Assembly: GCA_963737125.1 (NCBI GenBank)
Contig: CAVTRL010000001.1
Span: forward strand, 1,758,355 to 1,822,354
Length of the DNA: 64,000 bases
Reading direction: 5' to 3'
From: an uncultured Chloroflexia bacterium
GTDB lineage: Bacteria > Chloroflexota > UBA5177
Below are positions 19,788 through 31,714 of this stretch, one piece after another (position 1 is the stretch's first letter; each line of letters opens with the position of its first letter). Both the position numbers and the translations under genes were made by a program. The notes under the pieces are model-generated. The model did no database searches and was not told where the DNA came from. It saw nothing but the letters and a program-made list of their open reading frames with translations.

Positions 19788-22472
19788 ATGACGCTAGTTG
19801 AAGACCCCGCAGCCCCTATGGCGCCGCGGTACGACCCGGGCGAGGCCGAAGCGCGTTGGTACAAGCGGTGGGAAGAGGACGGCAGATTCAAACCCTCGGA
19901 CGAGAGCGATGCGCCGGTCTTCGTGATCACGATTCCGCCGCCGAACGTCACCGGTGATTTGCACATCGGTCACGCGCTGACCTTCGGCATCGAGGACGTG
20001 TTGGGCCGCTACAAGCGCATGCGCGGGTTCAACACCCTCATCGTTCCGGGTTCGGACCACGCCGGAATCGCCACGCAAAATGTGGTGGAGAAGCAACTGG
20101 CGCTGGAAGGGATCGATCGTCACGCGCTTGGTAGGGAAAAGTTTGTCGAGCGCGTATGGCAGTGGAAGGACCTGTACGCTGCCAATATTCGCAGCCAATT
20201 TCGCGCCCTGGGCTGTGGTTTCGACTGGAGCCGAGAGCGTTTCACGTTAGACCCCGGCTACGTGGACGCGGTTCACGAATTCTTCATCCGGCTCTTCGAT
20301 CAGGGGAAGATATACCGGGGTTGGCGCGTGATCAACTGGTGCCCGCGTTGCCAGTCGGCAATCTCCGATATTGAAGTCGAAGACGTGGAACGCCAGGACC
20401 CTCTGTACTACCTGCGCTATCCGCTGGCGGACGAAAGCGGGGAGATCGTCGTCGCCACCGTGCGGCCGGAAACGATCCTGGGCGACGTGGCCGTTGCGGT
20501 GCATCCCGAAGATGACCGGTATTCCAAGTACATTGGCCACTACGTGACCCTGCCGTTGCTCGGCCGCCGGCTCGAGATCGTCGCTGATTCGATGGTCGAC
20601 ATGGATTTCGGTACGGGCGCGGTCAAGATCACACCGGCCCACGACTTCAACGATTTCGAGGTGGCGGAACGCCATAACCTGGAGCGTCCGATTGCGATCA
20701 ACGCGGCCGGTATCATCACGGAGGTCGGCGGTCCGTACGCCGGACTGACGGTGGCAGAGGCGAGAACCGCGGTACTGGCCGACCTGGAGGCCGCGGGCTT
20801 CCTCGAAAGGACCGAGCTGCACGAGCACCGCGTCCCGACGTGCGAACGCTGCGGAACGGTGGTGGAACCATTGCTATCCGAACAGTGGTTCATGCGAATG
20901 GAGGAACTGGCGCGCCCGGCGATCGACGTGGTGCGGGATGGAACGGTGCGGTTTGTGCCCGAGCGGTGGGCCAAGGTCTACCTCGACTGGATGGAAAACA
21001 TTCGACCGTGGACCCTCTCGCGACAGCTCTGGTGGGGCCACCAGATCCCGATCTATTACTGCGTGAACGGTCACGCAAACGCTGCTCGGCAGTGGCCGCC
21101 GGCATGCAACGAGTGCGGTGAGGCGATCGATCATCAGGACCCCGACGTTCTGGATACGTGGTTTAGCTCGGCACTCTGGCCGTTCGCGGCGTTGGGTTGG
21201 CCGCGCGACACCGAGGATCTCCGACGTTTTTATCCGACGTCGTTTATGAACACCTCGAGCCAGATTCTGTACCTGTGGATTGCGCGGATGATCATGACCG
21301 GGCTGGAGTTTCGCGGGGAGGTTCCGTTTCCCCGGGTCCTGATCAACGCGACGATCCTCAACGAACTCGGCCAGCGCATGAGTAAATCACTGGGTACCGG
21401 TGGAGACCCGATGGAAATGGTCCGCGAATTCGGGGCCGATGCCCTGCGCTTTGGCCTGATGACGTCGGGAAGTACGCACCAGCAGGACGTCAGATTCTCG
21501 GCCGAGCGAGTGGAGCAGGCGCGTAACTTCGCGAATAAAGTGTGGAATATAGCGCGCTTTATCCTGTCGAACAGCACAGACGCGGATGAGGGTGAGATCG
21601 AGCTGGCGGCAGCGGATCGGTGGATACTGAGCCGGGCCAGCAGCGTGGTCGAGGCGGTAACCGCGGACTTCGAGCAGTACGAATTCGGCGGTGCGGGTCA
21701 GCAGCTGCACGATTTCCTCTGGTCGGAATTCGCCGACTGGTACCTCGAGATTGCCAAGATTCGGTTGTTCGACAGTTCAGATTCCACGGGCGCCCGCACG
21801 GTTCGCGCGGTACTACGCACGGTGCTCGACGTGGGGATCCGTCTACTGCATCCCTTCATGCCGTTCCTCACGGAGGAAATCTGGCACCACTTTCGGCGGG
21901 CGCAGGCGGCGGGGACCACTTTTGGGCTGACCGCCGGAGACCGGCCGGAAAGCATTATGGTGGCGTCGTGGCCGACGCCGGGATTCAGCGATCCGGAGGC
22001 GGAAGCGGCGTTGGGGATCGTGAGGACGACGATCACGTCGGTGCGCGCCGTGCGGTCGGAGTACAAGGTGGACCCGTCGGTTTTTATCGGCGCGTCGGTC
22101 AGCGCCGAACGCTTGCTTCCGGTCTTCGAGGAAAATGCCGTTGTCGTCGGCCGGCTAGCCCGGCTACACCCGCTGGTGGTTCACGAGCATATCGACGAGC
22201 AACCGTCCGATGCCGTGGCAGTGCTGGTCGAGGACTCGACGCTGTACATCCCGCTCAGCGAGATGACGGACGTGCAGGCGGAACGAGATCGGCTTACGCG
22301 CGAGCTGGAAGCGGCGCGACGCGCGCAGGCGGCGACTGCATCGAAACTGGCGAACGAGAACTTTACGTCGCGGGCCCCGCACGACGTCGTCGAGCGCGAG
22401 CGTGCCCGAGGCGACGAGATCGACGAACGTGTGCGCCGGTTGGTGGAGCGACTGGAACTGCTGACGACGTGA
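19788..22472 (+). CDS. valS: valine--tRNA ligase
   Basis: Track ORF 19764..22472 (902 aa); HIGH motif (..PNVTGDLHIGHAL..) and KMSKS (..MSKSLGT..); ATG at 19788 is preceded by the SD-like AAGAGGA. Confidence 0.9.
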   Translation: MTLVEDPAAPMAPRYDPGEAEARWYKRWEEDGRFKPSDESDAPVFVITIPPPNVTGDLHIGHALTFGIEDVLGRYKRMRGFNTLIVPGSDHAGIATQNVVEKQLALEGIDRHALGREKFVERVWQWKDLYAANIRSQFRALGCGFDWSRERFTLDPGYVDAVHEFFIRLFDQGKIYRGWRVINWCPRCQSAISDIEVEDVERQDPLYYLRYPLADESGEIVVATVRPETILGDVAVAVHPEDDRYSKYIGHYVTLPLLGRRLEIVADSMVDMDFGTGAVKITPAHDFNDFEVAERHNLERPIAINAAGIITEVGGPYAGLTVAEARTAVLADLEAAGFLERTELHEHRVPTCERCGTVVEPLLSEQWFMRMEELARPAIDVVRDGTVRFVPERWAKVYLDWMENIRPWTLSRQLWWGHQIPIYYCVNGHANAARQWPPACNECGEAIDHQDPDVLDTWFSSALWPFAALGWPRDTEDLRRFYPTSFMNTSSQILYLWIARMIMTGLEFRGEVPFPRVLINATILNELGQRMSKSLGTGGDPMEMVREFGADALRFGLMTSGSTHQQDVRFSAERVEQARNFANKVWNIARFILSNSTDADEGEIELAAADRWILSRASSVVEAVTADFEQYEFGGAGQQLHDFLWSEFADWYLEIAKIRLFDSSDSTGARTVRAVLRTVLDVGIRLLHPFMPFLTEEIWHHFRRAQAAGTTFGLTAGDRPESIMVASWPTPGFSDPEAEAALGIVRTTITSVRAVRSEYKVDPSVFIGASVSAERLLPVFEENAVVVGRLARLHPLVVHEHIDEQPSDAVAVLVEDSTLYIPLSEMTDVQAERDRLTRELEAARRAQAATASKLANENFTSRAPHDVVERERARGDEIDERVRRLVERLELLTT

Positions 22473-23686
22473 TCACCGTTCAGCGCTACGATCGATTCAT
22501 CCGTGAAGCATCGTACGAGCTCGGCGCCGACGGCGGACGCAGCCTGGTACCGGCGGAACGCGTAGGGACTTTACCGCCATGGGCCGCCGCATGGAGCGAC
22601 GTCATACTGATGGATACGCCGGGCGCGCCGTCGATAGTGGCCTTTACGAGGGGCGACGGGACGACGACCGACGAGCTGCAGACGCGGGTCGATCGGCTCG
22701 TAGCCGGTCTAGCCGACGCGGGTGTTTTTCGTGGCTCGCCAATCGGTTTACACGTCGTAACGGTGTTTGCCGATAGCCCCTCGGCGCTGACTGCCAAACA
22801 CGCTGGAAAGCTCGTGCCGGCGGCATTCATTCCCGGACTGCGGCCGCATAGCTACGTGGCGGATTTGACCGGTGGAACACTGACGGGACGCGGGAGCGAG
22901 GTGATTCGCGCCACGCTCCAGCGGGCGTTGCGCGCCGAGGGTGAGCCGGCCCGGGACATCGCACAATTTGAAGCACGGCGACTGGCCAGCCGCGAACGGG
23001 TGAGCTCGTTCTACGCGCTGATGCAGGGCCGCCGGCCGTATGCGACCTATGCACTGGTAGCAACGAACGTGCTGGTCTTCGCGCTGACGGTGTGGTCGGG
23101 CGGTTCCACGGAAGTATCGACGGTCCTGCACGGCGGACCGGTTTCGGACGGTACAGTGCGCACCTGGGGAGCGCTCTCGCCGATTCTGATGGAACATGGC
23201 CAGTGGTGGCGCGTGGTCTCAGAAATGTTTCTGCACGGAAGCTTGACGCACATTCTGTTCAATATGGCGTCGCTGCTGGCGGTCGGCACCCTGGCGGAGC
23301 GGCTGTACGGCAGTAGTAAGTTCCTGGCCATTTACTTCGGCGCGGGAATCATCGGTTCGCTGGCGAGTTTCACCTACGCAGTGTGGGGCGGCAACACGGA
23401 TATGCTGGCCGTCGGAGCGTCGGGGGCTATCTTCGGCGTGGCGGGTGCGCTGTTGACGGTCCGGTTTCAAGATAGCGATGTTATCCCGGCAAACGTGCGG
23501 CGCGGCATCTCGTCGTCGATGTTGCCGCTGGTAGCGATCAGCCTCTTCCTGGCGGCCGCGACGCAATACGTGGACAACTCGGCGCACGTGGGTGGGCTGT
23601 TAGGCGGTATCCTGTTATCGTTTGTATTTTCGCTATCGGGCGCGCGGTCTCCGATCTTGGCGCGGCCGGCGAAGGGCACGCAGTAG
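22469..23686 (+). CDS. rhomboid-family intramembrane serine protease
   Basis: C-terminal part of track ORF 21620..23686: rhomboid core with ..GASGAIFGV.. and downstream His in TM helices. Start taken as the GTG overlapping the valS stop; an ATG at about 22607 is an alternative. Confidence 0.65.
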   Translation: MITVQRYDRFIREASYELGADGGRSLVPAERVGTLPPWAAAWSDVILMDTPGAPSIVAFTRGDGTTTDELQTRVDRLVAGLADAGVFRGSPIGLHVVTVFADSPSALTAKHAGKLVPAAFIPGLRPHSYVADLTGGTLTGRGSEVIRATLQRALRAEGEPARDIAQFEARRLASRERVSSFYALMQGRRPYATYALVATNVLVFALTVWSGGSTEVSTVLHGGPVSDGTVRTWGALSPILMEHGQWWRVVSEMFLHGSLTHILFNMASLLAVGTLAERLYGSSKFLAIYFGAGIIGSLASFTYAVWGGNTDMLAVGASGAIFGVAGALLTVRFQDSDVIPANVRRGISSSMLPLVAISLFLAAATQYVDNSAHVGGLLGGILLSFVFSLSGARSPILARPAKGTQ

Positions 23687-23737
23687 GGGTGCAGCCTGGA
23701 TAACGAAGCAGCGGGCACGGCGGTTGAATCTCGTTAC

Positions 23738-26567
23738 ATGATGGTGGACGGGCACGCGCTGGTTCATCGTGCGTTTCACGCGTTGCCGGAAGACCTCGCG
23801 ACTTCGGCCGGCGAACCGACCAATGCGGTGTTGGGCTTCACCAACATCGTTCTGAAAGTGATGGCCGAGAAGCGGCCGTCGCACATCCTGATGGCCATGG
23901 ATCGGCCGGTGCCCACCTTCCGGCACGAGCGGTTTGCCGATTACAAGGCGACCCGGCCGCCGATGCCCAGGATCCTGGCGGGACAGTTTGCAAGAGTGCG
24001 GGAGGTCGCGGACGCGCTCGGTATTCGCATTTTCGAGCTCGACGGGTACGAAGCCGACGATGTCCTGGGCACGCTGGCCGGAGAAGCCGAACGAGAGGGA
24101 ATCGACACACTGATCGTTACCGGCGATCTTGACGCGCTGCAGCTGGTGTCGGACCGGGTTCACGTGCTGACGCCGGGGCGAGGCGTGGCGGAGACTACCG
24201 AGTATGACGTGGACGCGGTGCGGAATCGGTATGGCATCGAGCCGGGCCAGCTTCCGGATTGGAAGGCGCTGGTTGGGGACACTTCCGACAACATTCCGGG
24301 CGTCCGCGGAATTGGCAACAAGGGCGCGACAAAACTGGTCGCCGAGTTCGGTTCGCTGGAAGGCATATTTGCGCACCTCGACGAACTGCCGGCGCGCATG
24401 AAGCAGCTGCTGGAGGACGCCGCGGACCAGGCGTACGAAAGCCGCGAGCTGGCGACTATACTCCGGAACGCGCCGATCGAGCTGCCCGTCGAGGACACCC
24501 GGAATACGGGCGGCGACCGCGCGAAACTGGTAGAGCTATTTCGCGATCTGGAGTTCTACAGCCTGATCGAGCGCATTCAGAGCGCTCTGCCACGGGCGGC
24601 CAGTGAGCCGGCATGGAAAAAGCACGACACGGGCCCGGAACAGCTTGCCATGTTCGAGATCGAAACCCTGGAGACGCCGGGGACGGCGAACGGCGGCGGC
24701 TTTGGTTCGGTCCCGGCGCCAGTACTGCCGCCAGCAGCCGATTTGGGATCGCACGTGCGGACCACGGTGGTACGTTCAGAGGAGGAGCTGCGAGCGCTGG
24801 TGCGGGATCTGTCCAACGCCGACATCTTCGCATTTGATACCGAGACGACGTCCACCGATCCGATGCGTGCCCGGTTGGTCGGGCTCTCGTTTTCCACGGA
24901 GCGGCGGGCCGGTTGGTACGTTCCGGTCAATCACGCCGAGGGCCAGCAGCTCGAAATCGAAGTGGTGCTCAAAGCGCTGCGACCGCTGCTGGCGGATCCA
25001 GGCAAGGGCGAAAGTCGGGCACAACCTGAAGTACGACTATGCCGTGATGGCGAACTACGGGATTCGCCTGGCCGGGCTGGAGTTCGACACCATGGTGGCC
25101 GCGTACCTGGTGGAGCAGACCGGCCGAAATCTTTCGCTGGACGCTCTGGCCCTGAAATACGCGCACGTCGAAATGGTGCCGATCAGCGCGTTGATCGGGA
25201 AAGGCAAGTCGCAGATCACGATGGACCGCGTCGATATTGACGTGGCGGGTGAGTATGCGGCGGAGGATGCTGCCCTCACACTTGAGCTGAAGGGTCTACT
25301 GGAGCCGGAGCTCGCCAAAATGGAGCTGACCGAGCTATTCCACACGGTGGAAATGCCGCTGGTGCGCGTGCTGGCCGAGATGGAGCTTGTGGGAGTGAAG
25401 CTCGATACCCAGGTGCTGGCGCAAATGTCGGTTGAAATGAGCGACATTATCGGCCGACTGGAGGCCAACATCTACGAACTGGCGGGTGGCCGATTCAACA
25501 TCAACTCCACCCAGCAACTGGGACAGCTGCTGTTCGTGCAACTCAAGCTGCCGTCCGGCCGCCGCACAAAAACCGGGTTCTCGACGGACAATGAAGTGCT
25601 CGAGGGGCTGCGCGGCAAGCATCCAATCGTCGACGAATTACTGCAGTACCGGCAACTCGTAAAGCTGCGGAGCACGTACATCGACGCGCTGCCGGTGCTG
25701 ATCAATCCGGAAACTGGACGGGTGCATACGGACTATAACCAGTGCTCGACCTCGACCGGACGGCTGAGCTCATCGAGTCCCAATTTGCAGAACATTCCAA
25801 TTCGAGGAGACATCGGCCGGAAAATCCGCCGCGCTTTCATTCCACTGGAGAAGGACCACGTGCTGCTGACCGCGGATTATTCGCAGATCGAGCTGCGCGT
25901 GCTGGCGTCGATGTCGCACGACCCGAAATTGGTGGAAGCGTTCCGCTCCGGATTGGACGTGCATCGCGCGACCGCGTCGGCGGTGTTTGGCGTCGACCTG
26001 GATGCCGTTACGCCCGACCAACGCCGGATCGCGAAAATCGTGAACTTCGGGATTATCTACGGCATCGGCGAGAACCGGCTGGCACACGAGACCGGGATTT
26101 CACGGGCTGAAGCCGCCGAGTTCATAGCGAACTACAATCGCACCTATGCCGGGGTCAAGGCCTTCATGGATGACATGCGCCGGCGTGCGGTGCTGTACCA
26201 GTATGTTTCCACGCTGCTGAACCGACGCCGGTACCTACCCGATATACACTCGTCCAATCCCGGCATTCGCACCGCGGCCGAGCGGGCGGCGATCAACATG
26301 CCGATCCAGGGCACTGCCGCAGACATCATCAAACTGGCCATGATCCGGCTGCAGAATGAGATCAGGGACCGGTTTCCGGACACCCACATGGTGCTGCAGG
26401 TGCACGACGAACTCGTGTTTGACGTTCCGCTGAGCCGCTTAACCGAGCTGGCGCGACTCGTGCAGGACGTCATGGAGCACGCGCTGCCGCTTGACGTTCC
26501 ACTGGAGATCGACATGAAGGTGGGAGACGACTGGTACGACATGGCGCCGCTGGAACGGGTGAGCTAG
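23738..26567 (+). CDS. polA: DNA polymerase I (single apparent frameshift near 25006)
   Basis: 5'-nuclease, 3'-5' exo-like and polymerase domains across track ORFs 23738..25240 and 24603..26567; frames switch at a GGG run (25006-25008) between ..LLADPGK and AKVGHNLKYD... Confidence 0.85.
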
Positions 26568-26574
26568 CCGGCGG

Positions 26575-27645
26575 CTACTGGTGGAGTGGCTGACAGAGTG
26601 CGCACTGGCCCGATGGTCCGCGGCGGCAATGCGAGTGATAGAGGTGGTGTAGCCCCTGGTGCTGAGGAGCGCCTCGGGCTCGCGGGATCTCGTGTCCGGC
26701 GGATTGCATGAGGTGGAGCATGTGGCGCGTCCAGCGGGTGTCCGGCGGACTCGGGTAGTGCTGGAAGAGCCAGGCGGCGCGTCCGTCGGACGGCTCAAGC
26801 ACCGCTACCAGCGGTAGAACCACGCTAACGGCAAGCTCATCGGCTCGACCGGCCCCGATGAAGGCGCCGTCGGTAGCGGGTACGACAAGCCTGCGGCGCA
26901 GGTCCGAAGGGTGCTCGGAGCGCTGGACCCATTCGACCAGTCCGGCGCCGATGGAGCGTTCGGCGCGAGACAGAAGCGTCACCGCCCCATGGATCCGCCG
27001 TGCCGGGTGGTTGGCCGGCCGGAGCCGGGAGAGCCTCCACAGATCGGGGTCAATGCGTGCCGGCGGGCGCACACGGGCTGCCGGAGCGAGCCGAGCGGCG
27101 TCGAGCAGACTCGCGGCGCGATCCGCCGAGGGAAGGCTCATGAGCCAGGCATACGGCACCGCTTCGGCGAGGGCGCGAAAGGCGGCCCGGTTGGCTGAGT
27201 AGCCGAGGGCCTCCAGGAGGGCCCGATAGGCGACCTCGTCACATCCCAGAGCCGAGACGTCGGCGGCGAAGGTGTCGGCTCTGGCGCGAAATCGTTCGAG
27301 ACCGAACTCGTGGATGGCCAGCAGCAGGGGCTCGGTGTCGAAGGCGGCAAACGACTGGATACAGGGATGTGGCAGGAGGTGCCGGCTCGTCGGTAGGCCG
27401 AGACGTTGCTGATCCCCAACGGCCAGCACGGGCACTACACTGCCGTCTGTCCGAAGCGTGCTCGTACCGTCGTCGGTCCAAACGACATGCAGGATGACCC
27501 GGTTGTACGCCGGATTGAGGTGATGGCCGTGCCGGTACCAGTCGCTGGATCGCACGTGAAATTCGATGTCACCGCCGACCACAGCTCTGCCGCCGATGGC
27601 GAGAATGGCGTCCTGGTAATCGGGCCCACCGGCGTCGGAGGGCAT
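26575..27645 (-). CDS. conserved hypothetical protein (possibly DUF2851-like)
   Basis: Track ORF 26575..27876; ..SDWYRHGHHLNPAYNRVILHVVW.. is a conserved-looking block, family assignment from memory only; start set at internal Met. Confidence 0.35.
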   Translation of the reverse strand: MPSDAGGPDYQDAILAIGGRAVVGGDIEFHVRSSDWYRHGHHLNPAYNRVILHVVWTDDGTSTLRTDGSVVPVLAVGDQQRLGLPTSRHLLPHPCIQSFAAFDTEPLLLAIHEFGLERFRARADTFAADVSALGCDEVAYRALLEALGYSANRAAFRALAEAVPYAWLMSLPSADRAASLLDAARLAPAARVRPPARIDPDLWRLSRLRPANHPARRIHGAVTLLSRAERSIGAGLVEWVQRSEHPSDLRRRLVVPATDGAFIGAGRADELAVSVVLPLVAVLEPSDGRAAWLFQHYPSPPDTRWTRHMLHLMQSAGHEIPRARGAPQHQGLHHLYHSHCRRGPSGQCALCQPLHQ

Positions 27646-27801
27646 GCCTCGGAAGACAACGCTGCAGTCGAGCGCCTCGAGAGAGAGTGTTGGAAAGGAC
27701 TGCCGCTCCCAGCAATCGACGACGGTTCTTTCGTCGACGTCCAATTGAATCGGCACTGGCGCTCTCCCGGTCCGGACCGTGACGCTTTCCCCTATAATGC
27801 G

Positions 27802-28350
27802 ATGCTTATGACACCGCACACTGATATGGTAGAACGCCTGCGTTCGAACATCCGCGAGGTGCCCGGGTTCCCGCATGAGGGGATCCTGTTTTACGACATA
27901 ACGACGGTGCTCGGCAGGGGAGACCTGTTCCGGGACGCGGTGGACCTGATGTGCGAGCCTTTCAGCGACCGGGACGTCGACGTCGTGGTGGCGATGGAAT
28001 CACGCGGGTTCATTTTCGGCGCACCAATCGCGTATCAACTCGGCGTGGGCTTTGCACCCATTCGAAAGCTGGGCAAATTGCCGGCTGAGAAGGTGACTCG
28101 CGAGTACACGCTGGAGTATGCGAGCAACACGCTCGAGATGCATCGCGACGCGGTAGAGCCGGGACAGCGCGTGCTGCTGGTGGATGATCTACTGGCAACC
28201 GGCGGCACGGTGGCGGCTTCGCTGGAGATCGTCGAAGAGCTGGGTGGAGTTCCCATCGGGGTGGTCGTACTGGTGGAGCTGCCGGTGCTGGGAGGACGCG
28301 AACGCCTGAAATCACACGGCGTGGATGTCGTTTCGTTCATTACGTTTTGA
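27802..28350 (+). CDS. apt: adenine phosphoribosyltransferase
   Basis: C-terminal 182 aa of track ORF 27406..28350; PRPP-binding ..VLLVDDLLATGGT..; the N-terminal extension overlaps the divergent gene and is rejected. Confidence 0.85.
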   Translation: MLMTPHTDMVERLRSNIREVPGFPHEGILFYDITTVLGRGDLFRDAVDLMCEPFSDRDVDVVVAMESRGFIFGAPIAYQLGVGFAPIRKLGKLPAEKVTREYTLEYASNTLEMHRDAVEPGQRVLLVDDLLATGGTVAASLEIVEELGGVPIGVVVLVELPVLGGRERLKSHGVDVVSFITF

Positions 28351-28439
28351 TCCGGCGTATCGGGGGAGCAGCGATGCCTGCGCCGGCCGCTTTGCTACAA
28401 TTTCTCGGTGCCTGCCGGCTTGGGCAGAACAGACGTCGT

Positions 28440-28516
28440 GGCGCATTCGTCTAGCGGCCTAGGACACCGCCCTCTCAAGGCGGAGACCACGGGTTCGAAT
28501 CCCGTATGCGCTACCA
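28440..28516 (+). tRNA. tRNA-Glu (anticodon CUC)
   Basis: Hand-folded 77-nt cloverleaf: acceptor GGCGCAT/ATGCGCT, D-arm GTCT..GGAC, anticodon stem CCGCC/GGCGG with loop CTCTCAA, T-arm ACGGG-TTCGAAT-CCCGT, encoded CCA. Confidence 0.8.
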
Positions 28517-28681
28517 ATTTCCGCAGCGCTGATCAGCGCGGGCGAATGGCAAGAAACGACTCAGGGCACCGAGGGACCGGTTCATGGGACCGGCCAGACG
28601 ACCCAAATTCGGTGTAAAGACGGCGTCCAGCAGCCGGAGGCACCGGCAGCGGAATACGCCAGTACGTATCGAGGTGAGTGT

Positions 28682-29464
28682 TTGAACATCGTCGTCTGCA
28701 TGAAGCAGGTCCCGGACACCACGGCTCGCCGCGAGCTGCTTTCGGACTTCCGGCTCAAACGCGAGGGCGTCGACAACGTGATCAATCCGTTCGATGAGTA
28801 CGCCATCGAAGAGGCGCTGCGGCTGCGCGACGTACACGGTGGTGAAGTGGCAATCGTCACAATGGGACCGCCGGGGGCCGAAGAGTCCATTCGCAAGGCC
28901 CTGGCCATGGGCGCGGACCGAGGAGTGCTGATTACCGATCCGGCCCTGGTGGGCACGGATTGGAGCGGGACTTGCACGGTGCTGGCAAAGGCGCTGACTC
29001 GATCTTCCTTCGACCTGGTAATGCTGGGCACGGAGAGCACCGACGCGCGATCCGGTCTGGTGCCGGGCGGATTGTCCGAGATACTCGACCTTCCGCTGGT
29101 GACATACGCCATGCGAGTCGAGATCTCGGGATCGACGGTCCACCTCGACCGGCAGATTGCCGGCGGATACGCCGAGGTATCCACCGAGCTGCCGTGCATC
29201 GTCAGCGTGGTGAAGGGAGCCAATGACCCGCGATACCCGTCGCTTAAGGGAATCATGGCCGCGAAGCGAAAGGAAATCGCCAAGCTTTCGCTTTCCGATC
29301 TAGGGGTCGATCCGCAGGAGGTTGGTTTCGCCGGGGCGCGAACCATTGTCTCGGGCGCAAAAGAGCGCTCGGCGCGGGAGCCCGGCCAGGTTCTGACTCC
29401 GGAGTCAGCGGAGCAAGCGGCAGCCGCCATTGCGGATTTCCTGCAGTCTCGGAAATTTATCTAA
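28682..29464 (+). CDS. etfB: electron transfer flavoprotein beta subunit
   Basis: 260 aa; MNIVVCMKQVPDT.. N-terminus typical of EtfB; intact. Confidence 0.85.
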   Translation: MNIVVCMKQVPDTTARRELLSDFRLKREGVDNVINPFDEYAIEEALRLRDVHGGEVAIVTMGPPGAEESIRKALAMGADRGVLITDPALVGTDWSGTCTVLAKALTRSSFDLVMLGTESTDARSGLVPGGLSEILDLPLVTYAMRVEISGSTVHLDRQIAGGYAEVSTELPCIVSVVKGANDPRYPSLKGIMAAKRKEIAKLSLSDLGVDPQEVGFAGARTIVSGAKERSAREPGQVLTPESAEQAAAAIADFLQSRKFI

Positions 29465-29494
29465 TGCGGCACGAACGGTAAGGAAGCGAAACGG

Positions 29495-30482
29495 ATGGAA
29501 CCACGTGTTCTGGTGTATGTAGAGCAAGAGGATGGCGTGCCGAAGCGTACCGCGCTGGAAGCAGGGAGCAAGGCCGCGGAGCTTGCCGGGAATGGTGATG
29601 GAACCGTAACCGGTGTGGTGCTGGGAGTGGGAGCGGCACGATGCGTCGATGTGCTTCGCCGCCACGGATTCGATGAGATTCTGGTGTGCGAGGATGCCGC
29701 ATTCGGCGATTTTTTGGTCGATCCGCACGTGGAGATCGTGGCCCAGGTGATCGGCAATCGCCGGCCTCGGCGCCGTACTATTTCCCGATACCGGCCACAG
29801 CCGCGATATCGCCGCACGGGTCGCGGCCCGGGTGGGGGCAAGTCTGGTATCCGGTGTGGTCGATCTGACCTGGCGAGACGGTGCATGTTGAGGCGCAGGA
29901 GACGATTTTCGGGGGGAACTACGTCACGACGGTTGAAACTCGAAACGCCACAACCGGTGTGTTTTTGGTTCGGCCGAATGCGTTCGAGGCGCGCGAGACG
30001 CCGCGTGAGGGCGCCATTAGCAACCTAGAGTACGCGAGGGGCGAGCCCACGCAACGTGTCCGAATCGAGAAGGTGGTGGAGGAGCAGGGCGCCCCGATAC
30101 CGCTGGAGGAAGCCGCGATCATCGTGTCCGGCGGCCGGGGGCTGGGCGGACCGGAGCCGTTTCGCGCTCTTGCAGGAGCTTGCCGACGCGCTGGGAGGAG
30201 TGGTGGGAGCTTCTCGCGCGGCGGTCGACGCGGGGTGGATACCGTACTCGCATCAGGTTGGACAGACGGGACGGACGGTCAAGCCGTCGCTCTACATTGC
30301 CGATGGGGATATCCGGAGCGGTGCAGCACCGGGTGGGGATGCAGACCGCAGAGACGATAATCGCAATCAACAAGGACCCGGGTGCGCCGATTTTCACGTT
30401 GTCCGATCTGGCAGTAGTCGGCGACCTCTTTCAAATCGTCCCCGCTTTGACGGCGGAGATCAAGCGTCGGAAGGGAGCCTGA
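29495..30482 (+). CDS. etfA: electron transfer flavoprotein alpha subunit (at least 4 frameshifts)
   Basis: Conserved EtfA segments lie in different frames (29495.., [32 protein letters not shown] in a second frame, 29881.., 30056.., 30180..30482 ending ..[29 protein letters not shown]..). Confidence 0.75.
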
Positions 30483-30484
30483 CC

Positions 30485-31634
30485 CTGAATTTCGACCTTT
30501 CCGACGAACAAATCATGGTGCGAGATCTGGCCCGCGACTTCGCCACGAACGAGATGGCACCGAAGGCGGAGCATTACGACCGGGAGCACTCCGTTTCCGT
30601 ACGACGTGATCCAGGGATTGGCGGAACTCGGTTTCCTGGGGCTCCCTGTACCGGAAGAGTACGGTGGGGCGGGTGCCGACACGCTGACCTACGCGCTGGC
30701 CGTTGAGGAGCTCTCACGCGGTGACGCTTCAGTGGGCATCACGGTAGCAGCTCATACGTCGCTTGGCACCATGCCGTTTCTGCTATTCGGCTCTGAGGAG
30801 CAGAAACACGAATTCGTGCCTCCGCTAGCGCGCGGTGAGTCGCTCTGGTCATTCGGCCTGACGGAGCCCAACGCGGGGTCAGATGCCGGTGCGACGCGCA
30901 CGCAAGCGACGCTGACCGATGGTTCCTGGCGTGTGAACGGGGTGAAATCGTTCATCACGAATTCCGGCACGACCATGAGCGGGGGAGTAACTATCACCGC
31001 CGTTACCGGAACGTTGCCAGACGGTAAGGCGGAGATATCCAATTTGATCGTGCCGAGGGGCACACCCGGGTACTCGATTGCCAAAGACTACGACAAGATG
31101 GGCTGGCGGGCCTCCGACACTCACGAACTGGCGTTCAACGACGCGCAAGTGCCGGAGAACCGGCTGCTCGGCCCACGCGGTGAGGGGTTTCACCAGTTTC
31201 TAACGATTCTCGACGGCGGCCGGATTTCGGTGGCGGCGCTGAGCGTAGGGCTGGCGCAGGCGTGTTATGATGCCTCGTTCAAATACGCGCGCGAGCGGAG
31301 CCAGTTCGGGCGGGCAATCTCGAAATTCCAGGCGATCCAGTTTCGGCTGGCCGATATGGCGACGGAGATCGAGATGGCCCGCTTGATGACGTATAAGGCT
31401 GCCTGGCTGAAGGATGCCGGAAAGGACTTCCGGATGGCTGCCGGCATGGCAAAGCTCTACGCGACGGAAGTGGCGACACGCGCCGCGAACCACGCAGTGC
31501 AGATCCATGGTGGCTACGGAATCATGGAGGAGTTTCCGGTGGCTCGATACTGGCGGGACGTCAAGATCGGTGAAATCGGGGAAGGCACCTCCGAGATCCA
31601 GCGGACGGTTATCGCCCGACTGCTGGGCGCGTAA
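30485..31634 (+). CDS. acyl-CoA dehydrogenase (frameshift near 30600; start approximate)
   Basis: N-terminus ..[36 protein letters not shown].. in one frame, continuing as track ORF 30606..31634 (..[32 protein letters not shown]..). Confidence 0.75.
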
Positions 31635-31714
31635 TACAGTGGGAGTAGACGTCGCGCGTCGACTCGAACGTGCGCCCGCACCGCAGGCACCAGACCTTTC
31701 TAGAAAATAGCGTC

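Noticed and set aside
21620-22468. N-terminal 283 codons of the 688-aa track ORF 21620..23686
   Set aside because: Overlaps valS in another frame and is compositionally junk; only the C-terminal rhomboid-protease part (from about 22469) is accepted.
27406-27801. N-terminal extension of the apt ORF
   Set aside because: Overlaps the divergent hypothetical gene and has no Apt homology; the conserved Apt sequence begins at the Met at 27802.
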